A stretch of 63,379 nucleotides of DNA, the filler included, from Choristocarpus tenellus KU-1152 (lineage: Eukaryota; Protista; Phaeophyceae): NCBI GenBank assembly GCA_964200185.2. It is 17 parts of 17 records of this genome, joined end to end, with 100 filler letters (N's around TTAATTAATTAA, not from the genome) between each part and the next. Parts side by side here need not be neighbours in the genome. Positions count along the whole stretch, not along the records: positions 50,223 to 54,553 come from CAXNAD020015086.1; positions 54,654 to 57,777 come from CAXNAD020022155.1; positions 57,878 to 60,691 come from CAXNAD020024519.1; positions 60,792 to 63,379 come from CAXNAD020026502.1; 13 more parts are not named here. One strand, written 5' to 3'. Shown piece by piece: positions 50,223 to 62,473 of the stretch. Below the pieces are notes generated by a model, which saw only the letters and a list, made by a program, of their open reading frames with translations, was not told where the DNA came from and did no database searches. The position numbers were made by a program, and so were the translations under genes. Within the stretch, counting starts at the first letter, position 1. Each line of letters starts with the position of its first letter.

Positions 50223-51699
50223 CCTAGTAAATACCCCGCCGAAGCTGGTCACTGATTAGAGGGATAGCAACCCTCGGGCGAAACCTCAACAAGTCTAACA
50301 ACTTGCGATCCCCGGGAGTAGCTTCTGTTGAAACACTACCTGCTCCATGCTTTCTACAGGCAATAATCATTATCTGGATAATAAATATCCATCACCTTAG
50401 ATAATGCTGCGGTGGCATGCATAACTGCCATTTGGTAACATAGGGGTTTCAGTTCAGACTTTGCCAGTTTTCTTCAACATAGGGACTCCGGTTCCAAATT
50501 AACCCATGGATTCCAACAATGATCAACAATCCCCTCGTTTCCTTTGAGAACGGATCCTCAAAAGTCATAAGGCATAGTTTTATTTAATATATATATATAA
50601 CTCCAACTAGCCTCAAAACAGGTCAGCAAATATCCTTGTTTAACCTGGGAAAACATTCCCAAGGGTCACAGAATACCATTAGAGTCAGATTGCCCCTGGC
50701 CTAGTCTGAGTATGCATTTGTTCTTTCTGAAACACACCTTCAAAATTTACAAAGTATATATCTCTGACATGGTCTAAAATGAATGGGTCCCCAGTTCCAA
50801 TAACTCTACTCACAAATGTGATTAACATATCCGCGTTCCTTTCAAGGTGTCCATAAGGTCACACAATGCAATCTCCATTAAATTGTATGGCCTAATCCGA
50901 GTATGCACTTGTTTCGTTTGAACTGAACCTTCAAAAGTTACAAAATACGTAGCTCTCATTGGGCATACAATTCGTGCGTCTTCCGTTCCAATCTTCCCGG
51001 TTATATAAGTGTACGTGCTATCATGGATTAGACTTACATTATTCATGACCTACACAGCAGCTGATTATCGCCTGTCGTATGCCCCCTATGCACAAAGCAT
51101 ACACAAGGCTGCTAGTGTGCAAAACAGGCAATGAAAAAAATGGAAAATAAAGAAGAGTCAATGAGAGCAACACACAGTACTAATAATAAATAAAGAGAAG
51201 AAATAAAAATAAAATGGGCAATAAATAGAAAATAAAAAAATATGTGTGGATGATGAGGGTAACAAAGTGGAAACTGAATAGTAAATAAAGTAAAAGAAAA
51301 GCACAAAAAGTAAAATGGAAAAAAAAGAAAAAAAGTAAATAAGGAGGGTAACAACTATGAAAAGAAAATGAAATTTAAAATCAGGGGATGATGGGATGAG
51401 AACTAAAATAAATAACATTAGAAAAACATAAGTGAGATATAGAAGAATAAAAATATATATCAAGATCACAGAGAGTTCTTACAACATAGAAGAGAGGAAA
51501 ATAATTAAATTAAAACAAAAAGTGGTGAGATCAGTGTCTCTTCTAAGGACCTCAGCCTATAGAACCGATGTATATTACTGTGTGGTAATATTTGGGCAGC
51601 TCCTGCATTCCAACTTCTGCTGTTCCTTTCAGTGACTACGATTATCATTGCTTTAATCTCTTGTTCTAGCATGTACCGGCTGAACCTCAACTTGTCCTT

Positions 51700-54235
51700 C
51701 AGGCATACAGTTGTTACCTGCTGGGAGGTTTTCTGGAGGAGGCACTCGTCTCTCTCCTCCTGAATTCCTCCGTACCTTCATCCTTCAACCATACCCTCCA
51801 GTGGGGTGACTTGAACTCAAAACTGGACCCTGTCCTACCGGTCTCTTCAGCTTTCATCATTCCACAATATTTGACACTAGTACCTACAGGGAAGAGACGT
51901 AACACATCCGATCGAGGCAAGAGTTGTTCTTGGGTGGGAACATTAGTTGGGCATGGTCTTGTGTTAGGGTTATGAAGGTCCTAGAAGGCATGATAAGCAT
52001 CCAACTGTAGGAAGGTAAAGCTGTCCATTTCTTCTGTTTAGTTACCTAGTCTGACAATTATCCATCTTAGAAGTTTCCTTTGTACTACAATGCCATTTGC
52101 TAAGGTGTGAAAAGGGTACATTGTTACTGCTCGATCTTGGTGTTGGAGTGTTGACAAAAGGTACCCATGGTGGCAGTGGTGATGGTTGGGAGCATTGATC
52201 TCTAAATGACAGTTCACTCTAGTGTTGCCTACAAAATGTTGCTCCAAAAAATAATTTCGTATGGCAGCCCCACCATTATCCTAAAAGCCATATTGCGCAC
52301 ATTTTGCTCTGGGGAAAACGCTATTAGAAGTTTGCATGACCTCAGTACCAGCACTGGTAGAATATTGCACCCTCTGGGGTTTGCTGCATTTAAGGTACCT
52401 GTGCCTGCCATGTTGAGCTGTGGTAAGCAATTTTCACAAGAATAAATGAGGCCTGCACCTGTGTCAAGGAGTAAGTGGACAAGCATTCTCGAGTGGACTC
52501 TGAATGGGTGACATATCAGGGCATATGTCGATACTTGGCTAGTACAATGGTCGGTGTCATGGCGAATATTATCGAGGTGGGAATGAAAGTCTTATGTCTA
52601 TAGTTGGAATGACATGGATGGCTGGCGCAACTTCAAGACAACTCTTCAGCGTCCGAAACGGTTGGGATTCTCGCGGATAGTGGAGTGAGTTTCGAGTCTT
52701 GCATCGCTGCTACGTACTGGAGACATGTATCTATTAAGAATATCATCGTACGCGACACTGCAGTAGATTGAGTACCAGGAGGTCCTCGGTGGGTTCCCGA
52801 AAAGGTATGAGAGAATTCCTCTGGGAGCTCACGAGTCGCCTTATGTATACCTGCACACGTCAGTTACAGACGTGAAGCAGTCTTGACTACAGGCATGATG
52901 AAAGCAAACTCGGTTTGCCTTTAGCCATATGTCGACTTCGTCTTGTGGAGGTAGAAGATGGAGGTAAGCCTATGCCCAAATCGTGTCGACTCCTATCGTT
53001 CACCCTGTCTGTAGTTAAAGCAGGTGGGGATCAAAGCATCGGCTGGGGAACGGATGTGACTGATCTAACGGGTTTTGATGCATTGCTTTTCTTTTTCTTT
53101 ATTTGAGCGAACGAGGTACCGTGTTTGCCGGGAACAGAGGAAGGTTCAGTATTTATGGCAGTACAGACAGCTGGGTAGGAGTTCTTGGTTAACACAGGTT
53201 GAAGAATCGGTGCAAGGGCTGCCAGTACACAGTTGACAACCTCTCTGCATAACAGTGAAGTTTGACTTGATACCTCTTCGTGTATAGACGTCCTATTATG
53301 GTGATATAGTCCCAGTTTCTGCCTGACGATCGGGGTTTCGGCTGAGGCAGTGGAAGGAGAGTTGAGTCTCTCTGTATACAATACAACTTTTTCGAGTATT
53401 TTGATTGGCTGGGCAAATGAATATCGGTCGCTGCAATCGGATAATTCTTTGATGGGATCATCAATAATCCGTTCCACTTTAATTCGATGGTTTACCATTT
53501 CGGTCCCCAAAGGATTACTCTAGGAAATTGCTAGTGGGTAAGTTTAACTTCAATTTGTTTTTAAGATAAATATATTATTTGTTTTGTAGGCTCCAATTTG
53601 TTTAGGACGTTTGGGAGGAGAGTTGGGAGTTGGTACAAATCAATGACATGACCTTCGCCTATGTATCCCCCCCCCCAAACAACTTCATATAAATGAGGCA
53701 TCCGCGAGTCCACGGTGTACGCTCGATAGTGCAAAACTAGGCTATGGCCGCAGCCTTCCACGTCACATCCCTCTCTCTCTTTAAAATAAAAAATAACCCA
53801 TGGCAGCCTTTACCACGATTTTCGGCTGGCCATCCAAAAAGGGTGTATTCTCTCTCCAAAATATGAACCACTCAGTTGCCGTAACGTCGTCTCAATGGAC
53901 CTGTAAGAGCTGTCCTTTGATGCGTGGGACGTCGATTGCAGACAAAGCACCTGAAAGGACCGCTGTGAGTCCTTAGAAAGACAAGAGTTTTCGACAAGCT
54001 CGATGTGGAAAGGGGTGAAGTTGTTGATGGGTGCACGCGATGCGTAAAGACGTTGAGCCATCACAACTGCCGCAAACGTTCTCGCAAAGTATGGCCTTGG
54101 ACAGAAACATCTCCGAATCACTGATTCCCGGCAGAGCCTGTGGAATAAAAGGACAGAGTGATACACGAAAAACAGATCGGGGACGTGAGTCTACAAATGG
54201 CGAGGAAGAACTACCTAGGCAACGTCTATACCATG
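51700..54235 (-). mobile_element. Second, more decayed and internally deleted copy of the Gypsy family (gag, protease, then a Tudor-like fragment)
   Basis: LHYRAYTVDS, EMV...KVERIIDD..ELS, PGKHGTSF, RVCFHHA, LLLDTGAG, GTLNAANP and FRIMVGLPY all match the 43-45 kb copy; gag N-terminus MAQRLYASRAP at ~54061; no RT. Confidence 0.88.
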
Positions 54236-54514
54236 GCGGTCAAACTCCACTCATTTTATGGCTATAGGCGAGTGATGTGGTGATCAGAGGCCACTCGTTT
54301 TATGGCTAGAGAGGGGCGATTCCCTCAGAGCCACAGAAGCCCTCAGACCCATGAAGACGACGAGCCCAAGGAGGGAATCCGGTAGACGACGAATGAAGAC
54401 CACAAACCCAGGTGGAGCAAGAAAAAAATCCAGGCGGGCATGGGAGCTACAAAGAATCCTAAGTGTTCAGGTGAACAAATGAGTATTCCCACCAGTTTAT
54501 AGAGAGGCGGTAGT

Positions 54515-54553
54515 AGTATCTTAGAGGGTAGATCCGCGTCCATTTGGGGATCA
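54515..54553 (-). mobile_element. MITE family B terminal fragment
   Basis: agtatcttagagggtagatccgcgtccatttgggg. Confidence 0.8.
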
Positions 54554-54653
54554 NNNNNNNNNNNNNNNNNNNNNNNNNNNNNNNNNNNNNNNNNNNNTTA
54601 ATTAATTAANNNNNNNNNNNNNNNNNNNNNNNNNNNNNNNNNNNNNNNNNNNN
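54554..54653. other. Artificial contig-joining spacer
   Basis: Same 100-nt block. Confidence 0.98.
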
Positions 54654-54732
54654 CCAAAATTACATCAAAATCGCAACATTGAATTTTGGCCCCCTAATGG
54701 ATGCAGCTCTACCCTCAAAGATACTTTGACTC
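54654..54732 (+). mobile_element. MITE family B, right end
   Basis: aaaattacatcaaaatcgcaacatt...taccctcaaagatactttgactc. Confidence 0.88.
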
Positions 54733-55331
54733 CAATGCTGTCGTAGTCAGTGCTCTGCTCGACCCCACACGAGCTCAATGGGGTTGAGCTCACAGTGATA
54801 CTTTGGGAGCATTAGGCATACCCCTCCTTACCGCTCGACTAGAAGCTGAAGAATAGGAGCTACCTCGTTGAAGTCCCTTTGCTCTTCCAAGCACATGCAA
54901 CATGCTTTTGCTTGGGTTATGTTTCTCTCCCTTCCCCCCGTCCTTCGTCATTCCGGGTTCTAACCGCCCCCTTTCCCACAAAATTTCTCGAGCGAATGCA
55001 GGCTGGGAGAAAGCCTTAATCAACTTTATGCGTCCAACCCTAAGTCCAGAACAAAACGTGAATGTACAGCATCTTGCAAGAAGTGGGAGACACCAAACCA
55101 TCGGTGTGCAAATAGTCTCAATCTCACCTCCTCTTCTTCCCTGTCGTCCTCATTGATGGCTACCTCCAACTGCTTCATGACCTCTTCGAAGTAAAGGATT
55201 TGGTGGTATCGAAAAGTCTCCATGGCTGTCTTTGTTACGATCGCCTTCTCCTCCACCTTGCGAGCCCTTTCGACCTCCTTTCGGACTTCAGAGCCCTTGT
55301 ATCCCAACCTTAACACCTTCTTTCTCGTTTC

Positions 55332-55599
55332 GAGTGAAAGTATCTTAGAGGGTACGAGTTTTGCCCTGTTTGTCCGTTGTTTGGGGCTTGACCTCCCACA
55401 GGTTTATGACATTTTCCTATGCCGAAATGTTTCGGAGTAGGTAAAATGTGTAATTTTTGGAGTAGATATCAAGTATATATCCAGAACAAGGATATTGACA
55501 CTTCCTGAAAAAAGCGATAGTCAAAATTACATCAAAATCGCAACATTGGATTTAGACCCCCAAACGGATGTGGATCTGCCCTCTAAGATACTTTGACTC
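55332..55599 (+). mobile_element. MITE family B, full-length, inserted in a coding-like relic
   Basis: tttc|GAGTGAAAGTATCTTAGAGGG...CCCTCTAAGATACTTTGACTC|ttcc. Confidence 0.93.
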
Positions 55600-57762
55600 T
55601 TCCTTCAGCCTCTGCAGCTCGCATAGCTTTCAAACAGCCAGGGTCTGCTGCAACTGTCGACTACTAAGATATTCTACAACCGGGTCTTAGCTTAGGTGTT
55701 TCCTGAGCGCAATGGCACGGAGTTGCACTGCTCTCCTCCCCAATCTTCCCTTCGGGCGGCCACCCTGATTCTCCCGTCACCCACCGTGACCAAGCTTCCC
55801 CCCAGACTTCGTCCCTGTACTACCTGGTGATGGACTCGCCGCTCTCTTCCTGCTTTCCCGAGGTGGCAAAGACTGCAGAGCAGTGATCCGACGTGGTTGA
55901 AGATCCAACCACGTTTGTGTGGTAATACTCTCAATGTGTCTTATCTCAGCGTCAGTGTCGCGGTCGCGTGGTCCGTTTCGCGATTTGATCATGCTATTGC
56001 GCCACAGTACACGCACTTTCTCGTCACCTAACTTCACACTGAGTGTCACACGGTACTTGGTTTTCCGTCGCCTCTCGACAGAGAAGGTACCGAGGGTAGA
56101 TCCAGGGGGCAGAGTAGCCTCGGCAACTCTCCTTGTCTCACCGTTGTGGCCCATGTTGCTGTGTGGGTCACCCGTGTGTGAGCTCATAGCCTGTCTGCAA
56201 ATGGCACTAAAAAAAGATGTCCGCAAATCTTGCTTTTTTTTGGTATTGCCACACGAGTGATACTTGGACAGCGTACAAACCCGTATCAAGGTTTTGGGGG
56301 GAGTTCACCCAACCACTTCATTTTGGTAGTTCAGGCAATACTTCATTTTTATGCCTTTTGAAGTATGACCATCAAAATTGCGAGAAATGTTCCTCCGTGT
56401 TTTTGCCATTATTTTATGCAGAGATAGCTCTCGTTCACTGAAGTTTGTAAATTCATGGATACATAAGCTTTCATTTGATATATACATTGTTGTGTAGTTT
56501 TTGTGACAATACCCTCCCTCCACAGGAAGTTACACCTTGAATAATTTGTTGTTGGTCTTGTGTTTAACGTGATGTTGCTGGACTGAGGTCTATCCATGGA
56601 TGTGTGTTATTTACGTGTGTTATGGTTTATAGTTTCACCATTGCCTGTTAAAGTTAACCGCCAAATGTAACACCCGACATGTAATTGACACTCACATGTT
56701 CCATTATGACCGTTACTGTATTGTATAACTTACAGCATTTGGAGGTATTGATCGAAATTTGATTCTTTGAACACGATGTTTAGCGTGTGTCTTCTGCAGT
56801 AATAGTGCAGCCTCTCTTCATCACGACAAGCGCTTCCTCACATGCGCAACACCTCACGAGTTCTTCTCGCCTATGTGCTTAGTACTTTAGAGTTGGACGG
56901 TTTCCAATGAAAGCCTTCAGTTTGTATCGAGTCTATGAAATGGGAAATGTTTTCCTGTGTTACCTACACGTGCAGATCTCCATGTACTGTGTTGTCCACC
57001 GAGGTAATATATTCAGCATCCAAAGGCTAATTCTTTTATCCTACATATCTAATGCTGCACTCGTCAACGTATGTCTTGCCCTGTGCTTTTTCAACGCACT
57101 TCGTTTCACAAGATCAGAGCAATAGAGTGCATATTCAAATTCCAAACAAAACCTTCCGCGCACATTTGCCCTGCATTGAGTCTGTTACACATGTGAAACA
57201 TTTATCACTATACACACGACATGTGCACCTGGCCGTTTATGTGATGTCCACTATGGTGATAATGTATCCTATCTCATGTCAAACCATGTTCAAAAGTTAT
57301 GCACTGTGACAAATGCTTCAAATGTCATCATATGTACACCTCCATTTTTCAAGTTAAAACAGTTTTATTAAACGCCATCTAATGCCACATATATTGACTT
57401 ACACAACCAAGTCTATGTCTTTCACACACTACACTCGATAGGATCAGAGGCAAGGATTAACATCCACTTACACTTAACCCCCTGCCTCCGCGCATATTCT
57501 TCCTCCATACTTGTCCTTTAAAAAGATGCCATCCTCCAAATAACCCGTACGTCTCTACCCTCCCAAAAAGACCGAAAGTTGCCATGCAATTCGTATATAT
57601 AAATAAAACAATGTCATAATCCACCTGTATTTGCACAATAACCGTTTTATTTACTCACATCTCTTTCAGTTGTTGCAGCAGTACAATGGGTACAGGACAA
57701 ACGACTCCGGTTCAATGTTGGGGCCATCCCCTTATTCATTGCGTCTTCTTCTTACTGCGTTT

Positions 57763-57777
57763 GGCTCAAAGTATCTG
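57763..57777. mobile_element. MITE family A TIR, cut by the gap
   Basis: ggctcaaagtatctg at the contig end. Confidence 0.7.
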
Positions 57778-57877
57778 NNNNNNNNNNNNNNNNNNNNNNN
57801 NNNNNNNNNNNNNNNNNNNNNTTAATTAATTAANNNNNNNNNNNNNNNNNNNNNNNNNNNNNNNNNNNNNNNNNNNN
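57778..57877. other. Artificial contig-joining spacer
   Basis: Same 100-nt block. Confidence 0.98.
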
Positions 57878-58350
57878 ATCTTGCAAGGACACACTATATC
57901 CTAATACCAACCACTATGTACACTAAAAGCCATGAGTCCCTAACCCAACCCCCCCCCCCCCCCCCAATAAAAACTAACTCATGAAAGAAAGTTCCCACAT
58001 GGTGAGAGCCCAGGAAAAAACTTACCGCCCTTGACCGAGACAGTAGAGGCAGATCGGTTGGGTAAAACTCCAGAATCAGTAGTCCTACTCAGAACTGCGA
58101 TACTCTGTACATCTCCCCCCTACTGAACAGTACCGTACCATGAGTTCATGCAGCCCGCTCGAGAGGAAATGTGCTTGTCAACAGGTCGATTGTAATGTGT
58201 GATTTCAAAGAACAAAAAACGCGGTTCTATACACTGATGGGATGGCGTCCTCCGTATTCTAATCAGCTAAGGGGAGGGACCGACCACACGCTTGCCCTGC
58301 CTGGATCATCGCCTACCTATCCGACTTCGTTGATCGTTGGCGCTACAAGC

Positions 58351-58402
58351 CTACTCCTGGGAGAACACGATGTCTGAGGGCACTTCTTGGTCAGGTATTC
58401 TC
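58351..58402 (-). CDS. METTL1: TRM8/METTL1 terminal exon
   Basis: gtcag| phase 2 completes FR-RIPDQEVPSDIVFSQE*, matching the conserved FRRI.D ending. Confidence 0.75.
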
Positions 58403-59510
58403 CTGACCACGTGAGAGGAACAGATGGCAAGGTACAGTTTTACTAGATGAAAAGTGGGGAATTGAGAAGCAGCAGTAGTAGTAGTAGAGTAGAGTAGGAA
58501 ACTAGAGGTAAGCCGCGACGAGGAGCTCAAGAGGTTACGCAAACACACACACACACACGTGGATGGCCTAAGCACATTGAGAAAAATGGTGTACTCCAGG
58601 ATATGGAACACGAGGGAGGGGGAAAGGGAGGACACAGAAGAGAGTACAGGAGGGGATCAAGGGGGGGGGGGAGGAGGCAACGGCAACAACCATATTGCAG
58701 ATAGTCATAAGAATAAAAAAATTGGGTGGTTTTTTAGGCTGGTCATCAACAAGACTGAAAATATATTTATGTACATACATATATTGGGTTATTATTTGAA
58801 TAAAAATCGGAGGTTTAAGCTGTATGACATCACAAGATATATATATATATATATATATACGATGTCCATAGTACAAGCAAGTTGAAAAATACTATCAACC
58901 ATCTTTTCTCATATCATCATATTGCACTGTCATAACCCTACCATTGACTAGACCCAAATGACTGGATAGTTCTAGCTGTAGTTCTATACTTCCTCTGTTA
59001 AAGCACCAGTTGGCGGCTCCAATGGAACATCATCAATGCAGCAAGCGGCAGCCCCTTTTTTTTTTCTCAAAAAAAAAAGTCATGAGCATTACAGTTTTTC
59101 AATAAGACACCTTCAACCATAGAAAAAAATGTGACGGTTGTGATTGGGATGACAATAAAAGTCCCTGCAAAGATGTATATATGTCATATCAGATAATAAG
59201 CTATTAATGTGTACATCAATCGAGGTAGTAGTGGTTGAGAGGGTTAGAGCCAGTTCGACATGTTTGAAGCCAGGAGAACACATTGAGAGAAAAATTAAAA
59301 AATCTTAAGGAGTTGTAGAGAACTTGTAGCCTTACAAATCGACAAATTTTGACGAGAGTTAAATTGAGTTCAATAGCGATCAGTGTATTAATAAAAAAAT
59401 AATAGAATAGAATACTCCGTGAGAGGAGCACGAAGTGAGTCCACAGAGACTGAGACGTAGATGAAACAGGCATACAAAGCTATTGAAGAGGGGGCACCCA
59501 TTTTACATTT

Positions 59511-59699
59511 GGCTCAAAGAATCTGGGGGAGGGGGGGGGGGGCGGCTGTCCATTCGGGGTCAATTTTTCCATGTCACGATTTTTGGGTGGTTTGGTTGCA
59601 TGTGTTGTATGGATGGCTAATGTAAGTGCACTTTCTCCTGGTCAAGGCCCGAATGGACGCCCTGGTGTAGACCCCCCTCCCCCCAAGATACTCTTAGCC
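59511..59699 (-). mobile_element. MITE family A, full-length, ATTT TSD, in the METTL1 intron
   Basis: attt|GGCTCAAAGAATCT...AGATACTCTTAGCC|attt. Confidence 0.92.
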
Positions 59700-60101
59700 A
59701 TTTCGATCAACAAAAAATCGATATATGATATCTACACTATATAGTACAAGCAGTACTATGTGTGCACGTTATACACAACAGTGAAAAAAGTAAATGTAAT
59801 CCTCAACGCACTTACGTTAAAAAGAAAAACTGCCACTCTACTGTACTAGGTAGAGTAAAATACAGAAATAATTAAACAAAAAATATACTATCAACAAAAT
59901 ATTGTTCCAGTACTTGACCACGAACTTCTATCCGATTGTATAGTACTCTGGAGTACAAGGTGCAAAAAACATAAATATACATATATTTGATGTATGCACT
60001 CACATCAACGAAAATATGAAAAAAAGAAAAGAGAAGATCAACAAATGGATTTCCTTCCCCTACCTCTCTAATAGTTGGATAATTCTATTCAAGGCCCTCA
60101 C

Positions 60102-60196
60102 CGGAAGACAGCCCAGTACTTGTTCCCTCCCATTCTGGATACTTTCTTGCCCTCTTCTGTTACTTCCACCATAGCTGCCACCGCAGGGTCTGCTTC
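60102..60196 (-). CDS. METTL1: tRNA (guanine-N7)-methyltransferase TRM8/METTL1, penultimate exon
   Basis: ttttag|EADPAVAAMVEVTEEGKKVSRMGGNKYWAVF-R|gtgagg; DP.V.....TEEGKKV.R..G.K..A.FRR is the eukaryotic Trm8 C-terminal signature. This frame is not in the ORF track. Confidence 0.9.
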
Positions 60197-60626
60197 CTAA
60201 AACAAAAAGAAGAGTACACACACATGCACACACACACACAAGGGTATCACTTTTCTTTGTCAACATCATAAACACTATAAAAATAATGAAAATATCATTA
60301 ACCTTCAAATTAGTCCAGGAGGGTCTCCCTACGTCTACACTGTATTGCTAGTATTATGTTAGATGTAATTTTTATTCATATTCATCGTCTGAGGGGCCCT
60401 ACCTTGAAAAAATATATATATTAGTTCAAATATTGTTCTCAGAATAGTTTGCACAATAGTCTCGAGGGGGCTTTCCATAATTATTCTGTTATTGCCATCA
60501 AGCAGTGGTGCTGAGAGTTCTCAGACCAGTGGTCAAGAGGTAGAGCATGCACAAGACAGAAGGAAAAAAAATAGTTTTTTTTTTATTGCAGAGGGGATTG
60601 AACCAGTAATATTCTCCTTCCCCCCC

Positions 60627-60667
<41 letters not shown>

Positions 60668-60691
60668 TTTCTCTCCCCCCCCCACGCCAAC

Positions 60692-60791
60692 NNNNNNNNN
60701 NNNNNNNNNNNNNNNNNNNNNNNNNNNNNNNNNNNTTAATTAATTAANNNNNNNNNNNNNNNNNNNNNNNNNNNNNNNNNNNNNNNNNNNN
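60692..60791. other. Artificial contig-joining spacer
   Basis: Same 100-nt block. Confidence 0.98.
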
Positions 60792-61286
60792 CCACCTCCC
60801 ATGCGAAACTATTTGTGCACCACTACTACTATTCAAAACCAAATGGACATGCAGTTCTCTTGACACTTGCATTGTCAACTACTCTTTTACGGACAACAGT
60901 CACTGTGGGTTAGCCGCTCGATCGCTTCAAGTCTATCCTCGGCCTCCCCTGTTATTCCATCCTACCCACCCCCACTCCTGTCCATGTGTGTTTGTGGCGA
61001 CCCACTGGGTACCGTTCCGTGCCTTACAAAGTAGAAAAAAATACAATAAACTTCACTATAAACTCCCTCAGAAACAAACAAAAAAAATTGTGCGTACCTC
61101 GAGCGTCGAGGCACACAAACCACCGCGAGCAAAACGCAAAGCAAGCGCGTAAAACTCAAGAAAACAACAAATAAAATAAAAATAAAAAACAATAGAAAAA
61201 AGACAAAAAACAGTTAAAAATTCAATGTTGCGACCTTGACATTTTTTTTTCCTCTACTATCTTGTTCGGTAGGCAAGTCTCAACTT

Positions 61287-61353
61287 AATTATCACTTCAA
61301 CGATCAATTTAACTATCACTTCAATTATCAATTTAATGATCAATTTAATTATC
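61287..61353. repeat. Imperfect 12-bp tandem repeat, ~5.5 units
   Basis: aattatcacttc aacgatcaattt aactatcacttc aattatcaattt aatgatcaattt aattatc. Confidence 0.8.
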
Positions 61354-61562
61354 CTTGCTCCGGACACACCTTTCACCGTCCTACACATATCAGATTTTTA
61401 AAAACTAAGATAACCGTATTCACACAGAACAACAAAAAAAAAAGGGGCATAAAAAAAAAAGAAGTTTGAAGCCAAACCCGTTGGAACAGACAAAACAGGG
61501 CCAAAACCCCTACCTACCCCCTGAAATGAATCAGGGTCAGAGGAAGGGGAAGAACACCTCAC

Positions 61563-61661
61563 CTGCATCGACGGCGCTCCTCTGACAGTCTTCTTTCTCA
61601 GTCCAGTAGTATCCCACACACGTACCGTCTGATCCAGTGAGGCCGATACAACCATGTCATC
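61563..61661 (-). CDS. COPA: Coatomer subunit alpha, next WD40 exon
   Basis: gtaag|DDMVVSASLDQTVRVWDTTGLRKKTVRGAPSMQ|gtgagg; phase-0 join with the previous exon; VVSASLDQTVRVWD..GLRKK is the alpha-COP motif. Confidence 0.95.
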
Positions 61662-61664
61662 CTT

Positions 61665-61696
61665 ACATACACACACACACACACACATACAACAAA

Positions 61697-61730
<34 letters not shown>
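61665..61730. repeat. Compound (CA)n/(GA)n microsatellite next to the COPA acceptor
   Basis: Read directly. Confidence 0.85.
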
Positions 61731-61975
61731 GTCAAGTCAAGAAGTATTCATAGAGAGATTAACAGGCATCAACAGCGAGAGGCAACGAACTGGGGGGGGG
61801 GAGGAGGAAGGAAGGAGGTAAGAGATAGTCTATTGATCGGTTAATGGCAAAACAGGCTTAAAACCCTTCACACTCCTTGTTTGTTTTTCACAGTCTGTTG
61901 AATGCCTGCCTACCTACGTAGAAGTACACACGGGGGACATATCGTACAACCTGTCGAAGACTCACAGGTCCTCAG

Positions 61976-62167
61976 GAACTGACATTAGAACTGACACTAG
62001 AATTGACATTAGAACTGACACTAGAACTGACATTAGAACTGACATTAGAATTGACACTAGAACTGACATTAGAACTGACATTAGAACTGACATTAGAACT
62101 GACACTAGAACTGACATTAGAACTGATATTAGAACTGATATTAGAACTGACATTAGAACTGACACTA
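61976..62167. repeat. 12-bp minisatellite, 16 units of GAAYTGAYAYTA, in the COPA intron
   Basis: gaactgacatta / gaactgacacta units in uninterrupted tandem, no spacers. Confidence 0.95.
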
Positions 62168-62473
62168 GAGTTGCTACGATCTACTCTTAAAAGTACAAGT
62201 TGTACAAGAGATTAGGAACAGAAACAAGGCATTATTTCTAGTAGCATTTTTTTTTAATTAAAAAAATCTATTGAGAATTATTTCGATTTATACAAAATTG
62301 ACAACAGTGTGTACATAAAAATAATAATTATGATAATAATAATAAACAACAATACCATACTTCAAGAGTAAAATGACCGCACTACAACAATCAGAACAGT
62401 AAAAAAACAATAAATAAGAATACTAGTAACAATTAAAAGAAATGAAAGACAAAACAATAATGATAATAATAAT

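Noticed and set aside
51112-51520. Hydrophobic F/I/L-rich ORFs resembling membrane proteins (also 62556-63024)
   Set aside because: Translations of A/T-rich low-complexity DNA; the second lies in the COPA intron.
54214-54235. Putative LTR end plus primer-binding site (minus strand CA|TGGTATAGACGTTGCC) upstream of gag
   Set aside because: The position fits, but I cannot match it to a tRNA 3' end and no second LTR is visible.
61976-62167. CRISPR-like array, or repetitive ORFs (LELT)n and (VLMS)n
   Set aside because: Contiguous 12-bp units with no spacers, inside a COPA intron; the ORFs arise from a stop-free repeat unit.
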